Part shown: in pieces, positions 58,535-64,000 of the stretch
How positions within the stretch are numbered: position 1 is the stretch's first letter
Layout of the letters: each line of letters starts with the position of its first letter
Origin: the human T2T-CHM13v2.0 reference genome, Homo sapiens
Assembly (NCBI RefSeq): GCF_009914755.1
Contig: NC_060941.1
Strand: one strand, 5' to 3'
DNA length: 64,000 bases
The notes under the pieces: generated by a model
The model's database searches: none
What the model saw: the letters and a program-made list of their open reading frames with translations, nothing else
Told to the model about the DNA's origin: nothing
Position numbers and translations under genes: made by a program

Positions 58535-58884
58535 TCAAAAAAAAAAAAAAAAAAAGATTAAATCCCTAAACATTTAGCATATTATATAAGTAGTTCATTA
58601 ACTTTTATTAAATATTTCAAGTAATTAAAAATTTAATATATCTTATTCCCTCAAACACTTCAAATTCCTAACAAGGTTCATTAGTCAGGGTTCAATGCAG
58701 GAAACAGAAACACTCTAGTTTTTTTTTTTTCTTGAGATGGAGTTTTGCTCTTGTTGCCCAGGCTGGAGTGCAATGGCGCGATCTTGGGCTCACCGCAACC
58801 TCCGCCTTCCGGGTTCAAGGGATTTTCCTGCCTCAGCCTCCTGAGTAGCTGGAATTGCAGGCATGTGTCACCACACCCAGCTAA

Positions 58885-59061
<177 letters not shown>

Positions 59062-60178
59062 TAGATTAGGTATTTAGAAACTTTTTGGAAGAGATGGAGG
59101 GGTAGGCTCTAGGCATATCTCTGGCATGACTCCCAGAATGTTGCAGAACTGGTCTATCAAGAATGATGCTTCCTTTGCTACAGACAGGAAAGTGGAGATC
59201 CAGAGGCCAAAAGTAAACTACTGGGATCAAAAGATTCCTGGCATATTGACCAAAATGCCATTCAGAGATCATAAAGCCAGGATCAGGAAGCTGTAGAAGC
59301 CACCACCACAACTGTCTCATCACTGAATTGTACTATCTGGCTGCCACTGCTGCAGTGGATTCTCAACACCATAGAGACTGAAGCCGAAATGTCACTAGCA
59401 GTACATACTGCGTAGCATCAGGAAGAGGGACCTTGCCGCTTTTCTCCACGGTCTTGTTTGGTAATTGTTGCTCATATACATGTCGTGATTTGTCTAAGTG
59501 AATTGAAACCTCCATGAGGAAAGGTGTTGTGACTTTTTAGTTTTCAGCCCGAGGCACAGGCAAACAGAAGTTGCTCAGTAAATGGACTTTGATGGTTGGG
59601 TATTCTCTATTTTGATACTGTCATCTTGATGCCTTGGTTTTTGATGGATTATCCTCATCTTCCAGATTCATTAGCTCGATTTTCAGTACACCAGCCAAAA
59701 ACAAATGAGCTTACACAGAAAGCACTATTGCAATGGGAAAGGATAACTGGGTCACTTCCATTGGCACTTCCAATTCCAATTAAAAACAGAGGCATCCACT
59801 GCAGACATTACTAAGTAGCTATTTTGCTGTGGATAGTAGATGTTTGGTAGTGGTTGGCTGTAGCTAAAAGTTTTAGTTTGCTGCATAGTCCACCTATAGA
59901 TCTAATTGGTGTAACTTAATTTACACCCAGAATGCTAGCTGCACAAGTGTGTTGGGAATGACACTCACGGCCATCACGTAAATCTGATATAAAGAAAAAT
60001 GTCCTAATGTAACACTACTTACCAATCCAATAATAACATAATTATATTTAGAAAATTGGCCGGGTGCAGTGGCTCACACCTGTAACCCCAGCACTTTGGG
60101 AGGCCGAGGCGGGCAGATCACATGAGGTTGGGAGTTCGACACCAGTCTGACCAATATGGAGAAACCCCGTCTCTACTA

Positions 60179-60337
<159 letters not shown>

Positions 60338-60517
60338 TCAAAAAAAAAAAAAAAAAAAAAGAAAGAAAGAAAAGAAAAGAAAATTAGGGGTTGGGTGCAA
60401 TAGCTCATGCCTATAATCCCAGCACTTTGAAAGGCTGAAGTGGGAGGATTGCTTGAACCCAGGGGTTCAAGACCAGCTTGGGCAATATAGTAAGAATATG
60501 TCTCCACAAAAAATTTA

Positions 60518-60772
<255 letters not shown>

Positions 60773-60850
60773 TTAAATTAACCAAATTGTCTTTAATTTT
60801 TAAAAATTAAAATCACAAATATTGGCTGGGTGAGGTAGCTAACACCTTTA

Positions 60851-61108
<258 letters not shown>

Positions 61109-61299
61109 CTATCTTGCAGGAAAAAAAAAGAAAGAAAAAGAAAAGTAAAGAAAACTAGTAAGAAGACACTTGAGGTTTGAGCCATATAGGAAAATAGAAA
61201 GTAGAGGGGGAAGTGATGGGTGACTTGGCAAGCTGGAAGAGTTACAGAAGGGCAAATGTGGGCACCCTAAATAACAAGCTGGTTCCCTCTCAAAACCCA

Positions 61300-62324
61300 T
61301 AAAAGGCTCAGAAACAGATTCTAGGTACCAGGGAAGGTGGGGTTAGCACAGAATATAAAATCTCTGGAAAAGTTTGATTTGACAAAAAGCAGAAAGACTA
61401 CAGCCAGAGATTTCCTTTCAGTGAAGTCCCACCCATATATATGGTGCTTTCAATAAACTTTTAATGCCTTATAAGTATGAATAGCCAGCCTAGGATTGCT
61501 AGGGATGTTTAAGGAAAATGTCCAATGAGAGAGATTGAAGTGAACACAGGAAAAAAAGAGGGTTCAGAGAAAACAGATACAATGTGAGGTACAGGAAAAA
61601 ACTTCAAAGAAACTATAATTAGTTTCCCCAAATGGATAAAAGATAATATATCTCTACAAACTAGTAACAGGAATATCTATCTATCTGCCATCTATCTTTT
61701 ATACATATGTATACACTCTCACACACACATCCATGCATTCATGCATATGTATGTATATATATTAAAAATCAGGGAATAAGAGAGAAACACTTTAAAATTC
61801 ATAATATGATAGAAAAAATTAAAGAAAAACTAAACAGAAGAGTTAGAAGATAAAATCAAGCATGCTTCTTAGAAATTAGAACAGATAAACTAAATAGATA
61901 ACACTAAGGAGAAAAAAGATAAAAAAATAAAAGATTTATGAAGTTTAAAAACTACAAATGGGCACTCCAAAAAAGCAGAGTGGTAGAGAAAATATTGTTA
62001 TTAAAGAGAGAGTACAAAAACATTTCCAGAACAGAAGAACATTAATCTTCAAATTGATAAGGCGCAACACCATGAAATCTTAGAACATTATGGATTAAGA
62101 AAATATCCTAAAAGCCTTTAAAGAACAAAATAGGTTACACACAAAAAACAGGAATCAGATGTCATTAGATTTCTCAACAATGTAGGGAGCTAAAATCAAC
62201 AATAACAATGATGGAGCAATTTCTTTACATTTCTGAGTAAAAATTATTTTTAATGTTCAATTCTAAATCTAGCCAAACTCTCAATCGTGAGTGAAGCCAC
62301 AATTTTCAGCAGTGCATTTTCTAT

Positions 62325-62382
<58 letters not shown>

Positions 62383-62640
62383 TTCCTTCCTTCCTTCCTT
62401 CCTTTCTTTCCTTTCTTTCTTTCCTTCTTTTTTGCTTATCTGTGACTTTTGCCCATTTTTGCTCTTATTATTAAAGTGCATTTTCCATTTACTATTTCTC
62501 CAGAAGCTGCTGGAGGATATGTTCCACCAAAATAAAGAAACAAACCATGAAAAAGGAAGACATTGGATGCAGGGAACAAGAGGTTTACAGAGAGAGACAA
62601 AGGAATTTTCAGCATGATATCAAGGAACAGATCCAGGACA
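61300..62640 (+). mobile_element. Highly decayed L1M ORF1-region fragment
   Basis: A-rich; remnants such as AGGAATCAGATGTCATTAGATTTCTCAACA and TTCTAAATCTAGCCAAACT. Confidence 0.5.
62325..62430. repeat. (TTTC)n(TTCC)n microsatellite
   Basis: Directly visible. Confidence 0.92.
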
Positions 62641-62661
62641 ACGATTCTATAGCTTCGTTAG

Positions 62662-62848
<187 letters not shown>

Positions 62849-63229
62849 TAGCTGGGATTACAGGCACGTGCCACCACACCCAGCTAATTTTTGAATTTTT
62901 AGTAGAGATGGATTTTCGCCAGGCTAGTCTCAAACTCCTGATCTCAGGTGATCCGCCTGCCTCTGCCTCTCAAAGTGCTGGGATTACAGGTGTGAGCCAC
63001 CACGCCTGGCCAAGGACTGCTAGTTTAGATTGGAGGGGTGACCATGGAAAACTGCAGGTGTGGTATCTCTGGGCAGGAGGTGGGGAGAGAAGGAACTGGT
63101 AGATCATCTGACAGCATTGACCAACTGACCGTGTAAAACTTGCATGAAAACACTTCAATGTTGGGTAGTGTTGCAAGATTTAACTATAAGTTTAAGGTAA
63201 TCTAAGTGCATGAAAAATGGGATCGATAC

Positions 63230-64000
63230 ATTCATACAGTGGAATATTGCTTAGCAATAAAAATGAATGAGCTATCAAACCATGAAAAGATATGGAAAAA
63301 TCTTAAATGCATATTGCTAAGTGAAAGAGAGGAGTCTGAAAAAACTGCATGCTGTATTTCAATTATATGACATTTTGGAAAAGGCAAAATTACTGAAATG
63401 GTAAACAGATCAGTGGTCAACAGGGTCTCAAGGAGGAAGGTTGAATAGGTGAAGCAATCAGGGTTTTTTGGGGAGATGAAATGATTCTGCATGACACTGT
63501 AATAGTGAACATGAGACATTAGGCATTTGTTAAAACCCTAAAACTACTATACAAAAAGTAAAGTTTAATGTATGAAAATTTAAATCATTTAGGAGGTTGG
63601 GGGAACTCAGCACGAAATGCAGAATGTGACAAAGGAATCTAAATGTGTTGCGAACATACAAAGCAATCTTTCCAGAGAGGATGAGGGAATAAGGGTCTGA
63701 CCTCTGTAACTTTGGAAATGAGTGGAGTCTGTAATTATAAGGCAAAAGGCATTCTATATAAACACCGTAAATATACTAGTTAATTAAAAAAAAACTAGTT
63801 GTTTCTCACAGGGATACAGGTTAAGAATTCCAAAATCATTATACATGTATATTGGAATTGAACAATTAAGAAAATGGATGGCCAATGGTGAAAGTGGGGT
63901 TCTCTTTGTTAGAAGGAAAGCTTACAGACAAGCAAGAGGCAGAGGCTAGAATAATCTGTGTGGTAATTAGAATTAGAGAAATCAGCATGAACTCGTGTTT
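63230..64000 (+). mobile_element. Old L1 3' end (L1MC-like)
   Basis: GGAATATT..GCAATAAAAATGAATGAGCTATCAAACCATGAAAAGA..GCTAAGTGAAAGA..GGAAAAGGCAAAA; typical L1M 3'UTR. Confidence 0.75.

Overview
Alu-dense primate DNA that I recognise as the human VEZF1-SRSF1 locus (17q22). Two complete minus-strand genes can be assembled exon by exon from GT-AG sites. VEZF1 has 6 exons (CDS 24113->10475, 1566 nt, 521 aa), six C2H2 fingers, a Q18 tract, a Pro/Thr-rich repeat tail and a ~2.9 kb 3'UTR. SRSF1 has 4 coding exons (CDS 43145->41414, 747 nt, 248 aa), alternative intron-3 products and NMD-type 3'UTR introns flanked by GGA-dense exons. Both genes start in CpG islands. Between them lie several strong minus-strand candidate exons that could extend SRSF1 transcripts to ~0.8 kb from the VEZF1 start, plus a CTCF motif. 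The right third is mostly repeats: a dead Hsmar2 mariner with nested Alus and a solo LTR, MER58, L1M and many Alus. The most unexpected signal is a compact plus-strand, four-exon, in-frame 116-aa ORF (1142-2641) with its own CCAAT/GC-box promoter and AATAAA, which matches no gene I recognise. No rRNA, tRNA or CRISPR arrays were seen. Repeat boundaries and subfamily names are by eye and approximate.
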